In this document: positions 24,526 to 37,239 of the stretch, piece by piece
Layout of the letters: the number at the start of each line of letters is the position of its first letter
Position numbering within the stretch: position 1 is the stretch's first letter
Assembly (NCBI GenBank): GCA_028534125.1
Contig: CM052821.1
Location: 55,738,001 to 55,802,000 of the forward strand
DNA: 64,000 bases
Reading direction: 5' to 3'
From: Lama glama
Lineage: Eukaryota
Program-made: the position numbers and the translations under genes
The notes under the pieces: generated by a model
Databases searched by the model: none
What the model saw: only the letters and a program-made list of their open reading frames with translations
Told to the model about the DNA's origin: nothing

Positions 24526-27500
24526 AATGTTGCTTTTCTTTTGCCTGAGCACTGGCGGTAACCTCTTGATTCTGTTTCTGTATCTGTGGTTACTGTTAGA
24601 TTTCTGAAGTTCGGGTGTATCTAGCAGCTTGCTGTGCTGCATTTCAAGGTAACCTTTTTCTTCACCCATAGTTCCTTGGTGGACATGTTTAAACTCCAGG
24701 GGATCCGCTGGTTGTACCCACTGCTGCAGCCAGTGTTCGTCTGGACCCTGGGCTGTGACCTGCAGGGTCCCAGGTGCTGAGCTGTACCTGCAGGAAGGCA
24801 CGAGGGTCAGGGAGCTATGGTCTGTCTAAAACACAAAATAGTCCTAGGAGATGGTTCCTAAGGGCAGGGAGGGACGCAGAAGGGTTTGGAGCCAGGGAGA
24901 GGGCGCTCGGGGGAAGGGTGGCTCAGGAAGTGCTCTGTGGGGGAGGAGGCATTTGGGTGGGACTAGAGGACCAGGCTGGAGGGGTGACATGCAGGGCGAG
25001 GGGGGAGGTGGCGGGACAGCTGGGAGGAGCTGTGGTCTGTCTGCGTGTCTGCCTGTGGGCAGGCGCTGCTCTTGGGAAGGCTAGGGGTCCCTGTGGTGAC
25101 TTCTCCTCCTCTGGGGGCTGGGGATTGTTGCAAAAGGATGGGGGAGGGGCAGCAGAGAGGAGTTCCCATCTTGGCCTCAGCAGAAAATTCCAGTACTCTT
25201 GATGGTCTGTGAATACATAAGCCTTGCATTTTCCAGACTAGAGCAGATTCTCGTACAGTCATATTTTATCAGGGAAGGTGCGTGGTTATGTGTAATTAAA
25301 TGACTTTATTTTTAAATCTTTGTAAGATTTTTCATATTCTCAGATGTGCACTTTTGGAAAATACCCTTCCAGGCCTTAGGAGCTTGTTTCGGTCCGAGGA
25401 CCGTGGTCCTGAGCCTGCACCGTGGCTCCCCTGGGACCTGTGCTCGCCCAGTGCTGCGCTCCCTGACCGGAGCCACCTCCCGGGGGGCCTCGTTCACTGG
25501 AGCTGGAATCCAGGGTGCTCTGCAGCTCAGAAGCTCCCCATCTGATGGAGCACCGCTGGGCAGCCTGTGCCGGGTCCCTGCGCTGGGCTGTGCGGGGCTC
25601 TGGTGGAGGGGACCCTGTGTCCTGAGGGGGGAGGGTGAGACGGTGCAGGCGGGTGCGGGCACCTCGGGGGCACCTCTCCTTCCTACCCTACCCCTTCCTC
25701 TCCTGCTCCTTCTCTGCTCCTCTTTTATTCTTATCGACATAGGGCAGTGTCCCGCTTTACCTTGTGCTCAGGAGCCAGGTTTTCCTCTACGGTACTGTCC
25801 TGGCCGCCTGCGATTTCAGTCTCAGGCTTGCAGACCGTCCCTAGGCTGCGGGGGCCGAGGGCAGCGCTCACTGGGCGACACGGCCTCCGGAGGCCGGGAG
25901 CATGAGCGGGCAGCACAGGGCGGTGCCCGTCAGCGCTCGGGAGACTCGCTGGCCCCGCCGCGCCCCTGACACCGAGCAGTGCCTCGGAAGGTCCGTGAGT
26001 CACTTTGCCGCACGCACCTCCACAGCCCCGCTGAGACCGTCACAGGTGCCCCGGGAGCTGAGTTTGGAGGGACCGTGGGACGCTTCTAACCTGGTTGCTT
26101 GTCCTTGCGAATGCTTATTTAGACCAGCCTGCATTTGTTTTGAAGACTGGAGTCCACCAGGTAATATCAAATCATTTACGGGCCCAGAGGTCCAGCTGGT
26201 GATTCTGCCACTCTCTCCCAGTTAGGGCACTGTTCCCAGTAAAGGAGACCACCTCCCTTCCCAGTCTGGAAGCCAGAGATGGGAGCCATCCATTCCCCAC
26301 CCTTGTCACCTGTCACCAAGCCCCCTCTCCAGACCCTTCTCCCGTCCAGCCGCCGTCAGGTCTCCTGATTGGTTGTCTTGCTGCTGCCCTGCCCTGGGTG
26401 GCTGGCTCTGGAGGACATGGGTCCGGCTGGCTGTGCCCTCATTGACCCCTGGCGGGAGCCCGGGGGCATGTCCCCCCCACCCCAGGCGATGGACAGATCG
26501 CCCTGTGGCCCCAGGCCCCGCCTGGCCCGGCCGTTCCCCTCTCCAGCCTTAACCTCCTTGAAGAGCCGCTCCTGGGTGTCACCGTGCCTTGGGAGCGCCG
26601 CTGCGGCCCGCCAGCCCACTTTCTGCCTCGTCATCAGCCCAGTTACTGGGCGTCCGGTTGTCGGGCGTGTTCTGTGCCCCCGTCGGCTCCGTTTATCACT
26701 GGGCCTGCAGCGGGGGCCCCTCCACCTGCACTGGGGCCCAGCCACCTTCTGAGGTGGAGTTTCTGCATGTCTTCGCCCCCACAGTGCCCCCTGGTCACCC
26801 AGGCGTGGCCGACAGGGTGAAACCCAGCCCGAGTTCTTCCCTGCAGGGGTTCAGGGAGCCTGTGATGCGCTCATGCTGGTCGACTCTCCAGGCTGGGGTC
26901 ACCACAGGGCCAGGCTGGCGCAGCCTCCTTCAGCTGCCCTGTGTCCCCCGGGTCCCAGCTGCCTGGTAGGAGGCCCTGCTGATGCTTCCTGTGCCGTGTG
27001 GGGTGCATGTGCAGGGACAGGCAGGCGTGTGGGGTTCTGCTTCACGTCTGAGATTCGGTGTCCCAGGGCCTGCTGCCTGCGGGCCTGCGGGTGTGTGCGC
27101 ATTTAGCCTGACAGCATTGAAGGGCGACGTCAGGCTAATAGGGACAAGGACTTTCCGTTAGGCCATCAGTCTGACATTGGCAAACTTGAGTTTCTTCCTT
27201 TCAGTGTATGAACTTGCCCCAGTGGCCGGGACCCGTCCGGTCCAGACCCACACCCCTGTTTTGAGCACCCGGTGTTTGCCAGGTGTCATGTCCAGCACTG
27301 GCCCCAAGGAGCCTGGGAGCCCCGAACCCCCAGCCTCGGGCCGGAAGGCGTCGGGCAGCCTGCACAGGGAGCGGGCGCGGCCTCCGAAGGGCACGTCTGC
27401 ACCAGCCCGGCCACAGGGCGAGATGCTGTGCACAGAGAAGTAGCTGAATATGCACTAAGTCCAAATTATGTTTGTAAAAAATGTATTACAAGCTTTAATT

Positions 27501-28134
27501 TCTTGAATATTAAAAATGGGAATATATATGCAAATGCAGTTTAATCAGCCGTCTGACCTCCCAGCATCCAGCTGCTGGGTGCCTGGTGACGGCAGCTTCC
27601 TTCTGGGCAGGGGCCCCGTCCTCCTGTGCGGCCCTGCTCTATTTCCATGGCCGGAACTTTCTAGTTGTTGGCCTTTCCGTCCTTGCCTCTCACAGGCCAC
27701 TCGTCGGATCCCTGACGTCCGGCTGTGTCGTCGTGGGTAGAGGCCCGTGTGTCAGGGTTGACGGGCTCGCCCTCTCCGGACCCGGGTTCAGATCCCGAGC
27801 CCTGCGCCTGCAGCGGAGTGGCCTTGGGCGTGTCTGTGGCCCGGCTCTCCGCTTGTGTCACACGCCTGCGGCTCAGGCTCCACGTGATCCTTGGGTTCCC
27901 CCTCTGGGAGGTGATGGGGGCTGGAGCCCGACCTGTAGCCACAGCTCCCTCTGTTGGTGGCCGAGGTCCGAGAGTCCCCTCCTAGCCGCCAGCTCCCAGC
28001 TGAGGGAGAGCACTCACCACGGCGCCCACCCTCGAGGCCGGTGTGGGTCCCTCCCCATGTCCTCATGCTGGGGTCGCCGCTGTCCTCAGCATCCTGCCTG
28101 TCTGGTTCCCGAAGCCTCTTCCACGTGGCTCATG

Positions 28135-28375
28135 TTTTTTTTAGTTGAAGTACGTGGGTTTACGACGTTGCGTAATTCCAGGTGCACAGCACAGCGATTC
28201 AGTCACACGTGTGCGCGTCTGTGTCCTTTTCCTGGTCTTCTCCCTTACGTGGCGTTACTACAAGGCATTGATACAGTTCCCCGTGCTGCACAGCAGGACC
28301 TTGCCGGTTATCTGCTCTGTCCGTAGCAGTGTGTATCTGCGCATCCTGAACTCCGCTTTATCCCTCCCCGCCAGC
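28135..28375 (-). mobile_element. L1 3' UTR fragment, strongly GC-shifted
   Basis: Aligns by eye with the L1 tails at 23830-24070 and 51820-52045 (ttgaagta...ggtgcacagcacag...tacaagg.attga..acagttccc.gtgct.cacag). Confidence 0.85.
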
Positions 28376-31300
28376 ATGGGCACTTGAACCGGCCCCCCTG
28401 GGGGAGGCTGGCATGCGGCATGTGCGGCGTCCCTCCCTCTGCCTCTTCTCTGGGCTCACAGCCTCCAAAAGGCCCTTGGAAAGCTTTGGCAGATGTCGCT
28501 TTGCCCAGCCGTGAACCTGGAGCCCCACGGAGTGAGGCCTCATCTGGACAGACAGACAGACCGCAGCCTGCGGGGAGGGCTGCAGGGATCTCAGGGAGGG
28601 ACAGGGCATGGGTGCTGCTCAGCTTACATGACAAGCCTCTGGGGGGCCCCAGAAATGCTTGGGGAGCACAGTCTCGAGGGGAAGTCGGGGTCCCCTTCCA
28701 GCCAGGCCGAGGAGGTGCAGGCCGCGGTGGGGTGTTGAGCTTGTGTGGTGTGTTTGTTTCCTGGGGCTCAGCCGCCCAGCACCGTGCACTGGGTGGTGTG
28801 ACTTCATCTTAACTGTGTCTCAGAAACTCTGGTTCCCAGGAAGGCCGTGTTCACAGGTCCCCCGGAGCTGGCCATGAAGATGTCCTTCTGGGGGGCGCAG
28901 TTAAACCTGCATCACATGGGCTCTCCCGGCCCCGCGTGTGGTGGTCGTGCTGAGTGAGGAGCACCGGCCGGTGGGACCCTCCTTCGTGTCAGCCTGTCCC
29001 TGCCCTCCTGGTCGGCGTGCTAGGCAGACCAGTGCTTGGTCGGCCCGGGGAGCTGTGTGGGGCAGTCTCACTGCTCCGTGCTGGACAGCTGTGTCCAAGG
29101 AGGCCACGTGTGCTCAGTAAACACAGGATCAGGAAAATTGCAGTCTCTGTCGAATGTACAGATTGAGCTGTTCGACTCTGTGGTTAATGTCAGGAAGGAT
29201 TAAATGGTTCAATCTGATCCATTTCGCCTGATGGCATTTTAAGTACAGAAATGATAGTACGTTTTCAGGAAAAAAAAAAAGTCCTTTTCTCATGGCTGTG
29301 AATGCAGTTACGAGTAAACCTCCGTGGCTTTGGAGACCACCCTGGGTCTGGCCCTGCCCAGCAGTGGGACAGAGCTGGGCCCCCTGGTGCGGTCACTGGC
29401 ACCGTGAAGCCAAACCCTGGGCACAGCTCGCGGTCTCCACGAGGGGCTTCATCTTCCGTTATCCTCGGGTCTCCGGCGCGGCGAGGTGTCAGGGCTGAGC
29501 TGCTTTTAACTAAATTTCACAAAGAAAAGAAGGTTAACTCCAGAAGTGACTTTCTTTCCTGCAGCTGACGTGTCTTTTGGAAAACAGACCATACATGTTA
29601 ATCTCCGTCGTCACCACGAGGCAGCTGTAAAGGATGTGTCAGTGTTTCTGTAAACCAGAGGCATCTCAGTCGTAAATTAAGGTAATTTTTTAATCTGTTT
29701 CTGGCTCTTTACTAATAACACCAGTGGAAGGTTACCGAGCTCCAGCTCCGGCTGCAGAGTCGTGTGAGCACAGACGTCGTCTTGCCCAGGGGTGGCCTTT
29801 CTCCCTGGCAGGTCAGCGAGCACCTCGGCAGGGCCGTCTCCCGCCACCTACCTGGCCAGGCGCGCCTGGAGCTGCTCCGGGACAGAGGGTCGAGGAATAT
29901 ATTTTGTTGAAGATTTCCTCTCGCTGCCGTGCTTCTCCAAGGGGACCCGGCAGGGTCTCTCAATTCGGAGGGCTGAGCTGATTGGTTGGGTCCCTGGAGG
30001 AGACCTAAGGAATGGTGTCCTCAGACTTCCCCCTCTAGTTTTAGGGACTGAGAGGTTAAAGGTCTTGAAGTCTCTGCTTTTCCCTGCCCGATACCTCCTC
30101 TGGACCAAACGTGGGGAGGGTGGGGGAGCCAGGGCCGCTCTGCCCGGAGCCTGGTCCCCGGCTGGCTGCAATGTGTGCCGGGGTAGGTAGGAGGAGTCTG
30201 GGGAGACGCTGAGCTGTGTTGTGGATCCACTGAGCTGGAGGACCTTGGGCATATCTGGGGACCATCGCCAGTGGCCGGCTAGATGCAGGGGTCCGGGAAA
30301 GACCGGCCTCATCTGCGGGCCCGTGGCGCTGCGGGCTGGCGGGTGTACAGGAAGTGTGCTTAAAGCAACCCAGGAGGACAGGCAGGGAAGGCAGTTGACT
30401 TCATCAGACACTTTGCCACTGTGACATGCCAGCAGCGTTTCGGGAACTAAGCCACCGGCAGTGAATACGTGCAAAGCACAGGGTCACTGCTCAAAGAGTC
30501 GGTGGTTTTGCTGAAAAGAGAAAGTGGCCCCAAAGACGTGAAAACAGCCGCAAAGCCACCTCCCGCCCAGTGCAGGAATCCCCAGGTGGGTGGCTGCAGA
30601 GGGAGGTTGGGGAGGAGGGGGTGGGCTGCTGCTGGGCCCCCAGAGCCCCGGCTGGCCTGTGGCTCAGCCCTGCAGCACCGAAGCTCGCCCGGGGCGCCCT
30701 GCTCCTTTAGGATCGGACTCGCTACACCCGGCGCTGTGCTGCCGAGCTGCCATCCCTGTCACACAACTCCTGCAGGTCCGTGCTCAGGGTCCTGGAGGGC
30801 TGAGCTTGCCTGGGCAGCCAGCTTCCCTGCATCACCCACTGAGTCCTGCCCGGGAGCAGCTGTCCCCTGGGGCGGTGAGGACTCCCCCGCCCCAGGATGG
30901 ACTCGGCCTCAAGAGCGCGCAAGTGTCCCTGCTCTCACCCCAGCCTGCTTCTCTGTCTGGTCGGATGCTTGCTCTGGATGGGCAACTGCAGAGGAGTTTG
31001 GAGGAGGGTTGCACTGGGGCGGCGCTGCGCCTGCAGACCTCCTGCGGCGTCCGCAGCCTGATGTGCCTGGCCCGGTGCCAGTGCACCGTGACGACCCCTC
31101 CTAAGCGCTCTGCCTCTCCATCCGGGACCCTGGAGGTGGGGGGGGCAGCTGGAAGGTGAGCCCAGAGCCGGCTTTCCCGCCATTGTTTTGCATTAAGAAA
31201 TCCTGCCTCCTCCTTTGTTCATCATAACAACGAAGAGGCGAGACTCAGGAGGGAGAGCCAGGCGTGCGGAGATGGGCATGGACTCACAAAGGACAGACAG

Positions 31301-31587
31301 GGCCTCCCTGCCCTCCTGGCGGCTTCCCGTTGTGTGGACATGGTGACCTCTGAACACAGTCGGCGCAGCGGGTGAAGACGCCAGCAGCACAGGTGCCAGC
31401 GGCCTGGGCTTCCTGCAGGAGGGCACAGGCCAGCCACCCAGCTCTGCCCTTTCCAGCCCGGCATGGTGGGAGGTGTCGTGCATCTTCAGGGATCAGGCTA
31501 GAACAGGCAGAGATGCTGGGGCTGGAGTCAGGACCTCTGAGGGGAACGTGGCCGTTTCTGCAGTAACTTGAAAAACACAGATTAAGA

Positions 31588-31621
31588 ACACACACACGCG
31601 CGCGCGCACACACACACACAC
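31588..31621. repeat. (AC)5(GC)5(AC)7 compound microsatellite
   Basis: 34 bp of uninterrupted purine-pyrimidine alternation. Confidence 0.95.
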
Positions 31622-31709
31622 CCACACACCCACCCCATGCTTTGCTTAGCATTTGGCCAGCTTCTCAAAGCTCTCCGGGGTCTCCCAGCCTTGTCTCTCT
31701 GTAGCACAC

Positions 31710-31870
31710 TTGTCCATCTGTCTGTCTGTCCATCTGTTCATATTTGATGCTCTGAGCACCTGTGTGGAGACTTGGACCCGTCCTAGTGCTACGTGCTGGA
31801 CGTGGAAAGACAAAGGAGAATGCATCCTGCCGTGGGGCCTTCGGGTGAGGAGGGTCAGGGCAGGGGCTCC
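31710..31870 (-). mobile_element. Degenerate L2 3' end
   Basis: ccatctgttcatatttgatgctctgagcacctgtgtg...ctagtgctacgtgctggacgtggaaagacaaaggagaatgcatcctgcc resembles antisense L2 (ttcaacaaatatttattgagcacctactatgtg...). Confidence 0.5.
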
Positions 31871-33039
31871 CTCACTGCAGCTGGTACAAAGCGCGAGGCG
31901 GGGATGGCCGAGGAGGGTGGCCTGGCTGTCGGGCCGCAGGCAGGCTTCTGGTCTCCCGGCTTGTTTTCCTGGCAGGCGGGCAGCGGGGGCCTTGCGGGCG
32001 GAAGTGCCTTTGCGCGATCCACCATCAGGGAGAGGACCCTGTCCCCCGGGTCTGCCCTCCTCTGCCGGCGTCCCTGGGATGCGGACACCACACTGGGCTG
32101 TCTGGAGAGCCTGCCTCACCCAGGCCGTCCGTGCTTCTCCCCCGGAAGTCCTCACAGTGCAGTGATGCCGAAGCTGCACCCGCCGCCTCCCCTCCGCCTC
32201 ACAGGGGCTCTCCCCTTCCACGCGGCTCTCTCCTGGGCTCGGATAGTCCTGAGTCATGGCATCAAGTGGAATCGCACTGTCGCGTTTAAACGCCTGTAGT
32301 GTCCTTCCGGCCCTGGGGCCAGAAGCTCCAGTGGTTGCTCTATTCATGGCTTCATGTCGCAGTGAAATGTGATAATTGATGGATATCTGTGGAAACGGAT
32401 CCGATTGTGTCCCCGTTAATGAGCTAACAATTTCATGCCGAAATCTCAGCAGTGCTATTGTTTAGAACAAAAGGAGACATGCAGATGAGGCCAGGGCTCA
32501 GGCTGGTGGGAACAATGCGGGCAGCCTCTTTATTGGACCCATTAATTAATTCCCCATCAGCCAGTTTCCCCGGGAATGAACTGGAAAAATCATTAAAATG
32601 ATACATGAAGTAAGGAGTTTAGAAATTCAGAAGGTGAAGCGGAGAATTACTCTAACACGTAATTAGACATATTATTTGTGACTGTACTTTTTTTTAAGTG
32701 TGTTTCACTGAGGCAGTGGGGCCCTATTTTTAGTCCTGGAAAGCTCGTAAATACCATTTGGGGCTGTTTTTCAACTCATAAAGGCTCATAAATTTTCTTA
32801 ATGACATTAAGCAGCTAATTATATTGTACGTTGTTAAAATAACTCCAGTCGCAAAATCTAATAATACAACAAAAGTTGCAAAAGCCGGTTTTGGAAGGAG
32901 TTAATTTGACTAAATTACCAAGTGAAACTCTGGGCGTTGGGACCAAAGTGAAAGAGTTTTCAGCAAAGAATCTCCAGGTTCACATTATTTCTGTTGCAGG
33001 TTTGATCCAGGGGATGAGCCTTGAGCACCAACCTGCTGC

Positions 33040-33110
33040 TTTTTTCTGTTTTTCTTTTCTTTAACCGTAGTGTAGTCAGTTTACAGTGTTGTGTCAGCTC
33101 CTGGCGTCGA
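33040..33110 (-). mobile_element. Very short L1 3'-tail insertion
   Basis: T-rich tract then gtagtgtagtcagtttacagtgttgtgtcagctcctggcg, the same tail as at 23835-23880. Confidence 0.7.
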
Positions 33111-33662
33111 TTTCCTGCTGTGGATGGGAGACGTCTGGGTGGTCCTGGCTGAGTGCTGGGCGCGTCCGCAGTTCTCCAGGTCAGGCTCATCCAGCAGAAC
33201 ATTCGCATCAATGACAACGACGACAACAGTAATAATAGTGCCAGTTCCGAGGAGCCCACGCGCGGCAGCGCTGCCGTGAGCGCCAGCACGCCTGGCCGCG
33301 TTGCCGCCGGGTGCTGCGCGGGGAGCTGGGCTGCGCCTGCGTCTGCAGTTGGAGCTCGGGAGGCTCGGAGCGGGGCGGGCGCTGCCCCGGGCCGCCCAGC
33401 CTCCGCCTGCAGCCCCGCTCGTGGAACTCGGTCTTCTGCTGGGTTTCACAGGCTGTGGCTGCGTGTGTGGTCCTCTGTCTGTCCCTGCTGGTCCGCTGTT
33501 GCTTTCTGGGGGCCGTGCCGGCCCGCCCTCCTCCCCGCTCCCCCTGAAATGCTGGGGTTGCTTGCTCCTGGTCGGCTGCACCCCACCTTTGCTTAGTCTT
33601 TGCTTCTGCAGCCAGAAGTGAATCAGGAAGCCAGGATCCAGCCCTGCATTTCCATCATTTGC

Positions 33663-33712
33663 TTTTTTTTTTTATTGAGATATTGTCAGTTTACAGTGTT
33701 GTGTCAATTTCA
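33663..33712 (-). mobile_element. Very short L1 3'-tail insertion
   Basis: Poly-T then attgagatattgtcagtttacagtgttgtgtcaatttc. Confidence 0.7.
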
Positions 33713-36712
33713 CATCCTTTCTTTTAAGTGAAACTCCGTCCATTAATCATCCCGTGATTCCATCTGTCAGCCCAGAAGCACTTGCTCGTGTTTTATGGCA
33801 CTGGTTTGTTGAAATTCTGGGAAAGAGGAGAACAAACAAGCAAGTCCTAATAAATAAAAGTTATTTCCTCATTTGAATTTCGGAGTCCAGAGAGTCCATA
33901 TGATGCAGACATCAATCTTCCCCGTCCTGAAGGGGAGGCATGATTTCTCATCATGCGTCATGCAGGGTTCTGATGAGAGGTGCTCGTGTGTTTGGCCGGC
34001 TCAGCTCCTCCCCGGGGACGGCTGCCTCTTTGTATTGCAAGTGACACACTCAGCCTAGTGCTGCCGCCGGCTGTGTCCCCTCAGTCTGGGCGAGCACTGT
34101 CGTGTGAACCTCCCTGGTTCAGGGTGGGTGAGCGCATTGTGGGTATCCAGGGACGTTCTGAGTTTGCTTAGAAAGGTGTGCTTGCTCTGGAGGGCCGGAA
34201 GCACAGGCCAGGGGGGGACACTGCTATGCTCCAGGAGTGAGTGAAAGGGAGGGGACACAGCCTGGGGAGACGGCCTGCAGGGGGCCGGGGAGGGCGGCTG
34301 CCCAGCTGGCTGGAGGGACTGGCACTCAGGCTCCCTGGGTCAGACTACTGCTTCTCCCCAGGGCCACTCTGCCACGCCACTGGCTCTCCAGCGGGGGCTG
34401 CTGTGTGGTCTGGGCTTCTGCTCGCTGCGCTCTTGGCGTCCAGCAGCACGGTGCCTGACCCCACGCGTGGCTGGAAGTGACCTGCCAAGTTGGAGCCGCA
34501 GAGGAGCTCTTCCACTGGGTTTCAGGTGTAGGGCCCATCTCTGCGCCTGCAGCACTTTGCTGGACCTGTCAGCGTCCCTGCTGTTTCTTGGGGCCACTGT
34601 CTTCACACCTGCTGTGCGCAGTAGCCAGGAAGTCCTTGAGGGTAGGGCTGCCTGGCTGGGGCCCACGTCCCCGCGCCCTGCACAGGGCCTGGCTCGCTGG
34701 CATCCACTAGGGGCTGCCTGGGTCGGTGGTGGGTGTCTGGCACCCCGATCCAATTTACCTGGTGTCTTGTAGGCGGGCCTCTTTCAAACACCTGCCAGAC
34801 CTTATCTGGGGAAGGTAATGCCACCGTGTCCCCCAGGCCTCGCTGCTCTGCTCGTAGGCACGCATCTCATGGTCTGAGCTCAACAGACTGAGCTCTGCTC
34901 TACCAGCCGGGGGCCTGGGAGCCTTCCTGCTGGCTGCCGACCGGCCCCCACATGCCCGTGTGAAGGACAAATGGCTCCCCACAGGTTTTCTGTCCTGGGG
35001 TCAGATTTGAATGTAAAACTCCAAAGTTCTAAATTTATTAAAGGCTTTCTTTTGGGGCTGGAAATATGCAATAGATTTTCTATCCCTCTCAATTCTCTCT
35101 TAAAAATTAATGCTGCCATAAAAATGATGGATAACAAATTATTCCAGGAAAAATGATACTGAGAGTCTTCTAACTGTTGAAGCTGAAGCACGGACTCAGC
35201 GAGGAAACACACGTGACCCAGGAAGCTCACAAGGAAAGAGGAAGTCAGTGCTCTGTGGGAACTGCAACCACGTAATGTGTTCCGGGCTGTGGAAGACAGC
35301 AGTTTTTACTCCTGGTGTTAAAGTACCAAATCTGTTCTGTGCTGTTGGCGCCTCTGTTCGCTTAGTAACACCGTGCCTTTCTAGAATTCAGTGTGTAGCC
35401 TTTCCTACCTGGAACGCCGCAGGGTCCGAGCAAAGGAGCAGGAAGGCCAGAGCCTTAAAACTGAGGTCAGAGGCATCCCCTGTGACAGCTTGTGTCTGTT
35501 AGTCCTGTGAACCTTCCTGGCCCTCTCGGAGCGCCTTTCCAGAGAGTTCCGCCAACACAGCTGGGACCGCCCTGCCCGGGCTCGGTGGTGGCGGCCAGAA
35601 GGCAACCTGGCAGCCAGACCACAGGCCGGCAGGAGGGAGGGAAGGGCGTGCAGACCAGACACGGGCCTCACACCCCGCGCCGTCTGGGGGGTGTGCCTGC
35701 GGGGCATGCTTTGTTCCCTGTGTTCTGTGGGCCTCGGGAACGTCATTCCACGGCAGGTGTTTTCAAAAGCACAGTATTGGAAGAAAGAGATTCAGACTTG
35801 CCCTCCTGACCGTTGTTTTCCTCCAGAGCAGTGGAGGTGAGGGCGCCTCCCGGACCAGCAATCCGGGCCAGGCGATGGCGTCCGTGGGCCCCAGGCAGTA
35901 GCTGGATGAGGTGGCCCAGGTTGGTGCTCCTGGCCACATGTGCTTTCCCCTTGCAGTGTGTCGCCACGTCTATTAGAAGAAGTTAAGAGAAAGGACTGGC
36001 CGGTGTCAATGATTTCCAGTTGGAAATGTCACCATGACAACCGAGGAGGTGCTGGAAGCAGGCACTTTGTTAACTCTGAGTCCTAACCCTTCCTGGGCAA
36101 CTCGAGAATCCTTTCTCTGGAGAGAAATAGGCTCACTTGTGAGCTGTGTCTCATTGTTCCTCAGCTACACCCACTCAAGTGAGTAATTTACCTTTGTGTG
36201 TAGGTTTAGAAAGACAGATGCACGCAGTCTGTGCAATGCCCTTCCTTCACTCACTCGGATGCTGGCTTCTCTGAGCTGCTCTTTGATGGCCGCTTTCCCA
36301 GGGAAGAAGCAGGGCCCTGTGGACCGCGCTGCCTCAGTTCTGCTATTCTGTTGGTCCCCTGAGTCCCGGGAGCTCCATGCCCCCTGGGCAACTGTCCCAC
36401 CACCTGCCTGCCTAGTCGCCTCTACTGCCCATCGGATAAAGCCCAAAGGCCGCAGGCTGGCCTTTAGGGCTGTTACCGTCCAGCCCCATCCTGTTCTTCC
36501 TGCCCATCCGTCAGGACTCCGGGGAGCATCTCCTTCACGTTAGGCCCAGGCCAGGTCGGGGGAGGCGGGGAGAAAGCACAGAGGCGAGCAGGACACAGTC
36601 CTGGACACGGCGTGCTGGAGAAACCAGACTGAACAGAGGGGGTCAGTCAGGAGCCCACGTGCAAACCCAGGAGTTCCAGGGGGACTCAGAGCCCCGGGTC
36701 ACTTCCGTATGG

Positions 36713-36890
36713 GTCAGAGGCGGCCTCACAGCAGGCTGAGCTTTAAGGTGGCATGCCTTGTGACCCTCGGAGCACCCAGAACTGCTGGCTGACTGTCAGA
36801 GGCGGCCTCGCAGCAGGCTGAGCTTTAAGGTGGCATGCCTCGTGACCCTCGGAGCGCCCAGAGCTGCTGGCTGCCTATCAGAAGCAGACT
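36713..36890. repeat. 82-bp tandem duplication (2 copies plus a partial third)
   Basis: Copies start at 36713 and 36795 (gtcagaggcggcctc...) and differ at 5 positions. Confidence 0.95.
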
Positions 36891-37239
36891 TGGAGGTGCA
36901 GGAATGCTTGCAGGGAGGCAGGGTCGTCCCCAGAGGCCTGAGTGAAAACAGGTGGGAGGGGGTGCTGCCAGTCTGTAGGTTTGGGTTTGAACACACACTT
37001 GGGACAAGAGATAGACTTTGTGTCCCCACAGCTAGGGAATGTGGAGCTAAGGCATGCAAGTAAAGCCGGAGCATGGAGTACACCCTTGGACGAAGGATGA
37101 ACTAGAAGAAAACAAATGCACTTCCCAGCCTGGGAGGCAGCGGGACACGCAACCCTGTCTCAGCCTGGGAGCTCGGGGAGGGGGGCGGGGTGTTCTTCCC
37201 TGTTGAGGTTTTACCCAGGGCTACATTTAGCATTTGAAT

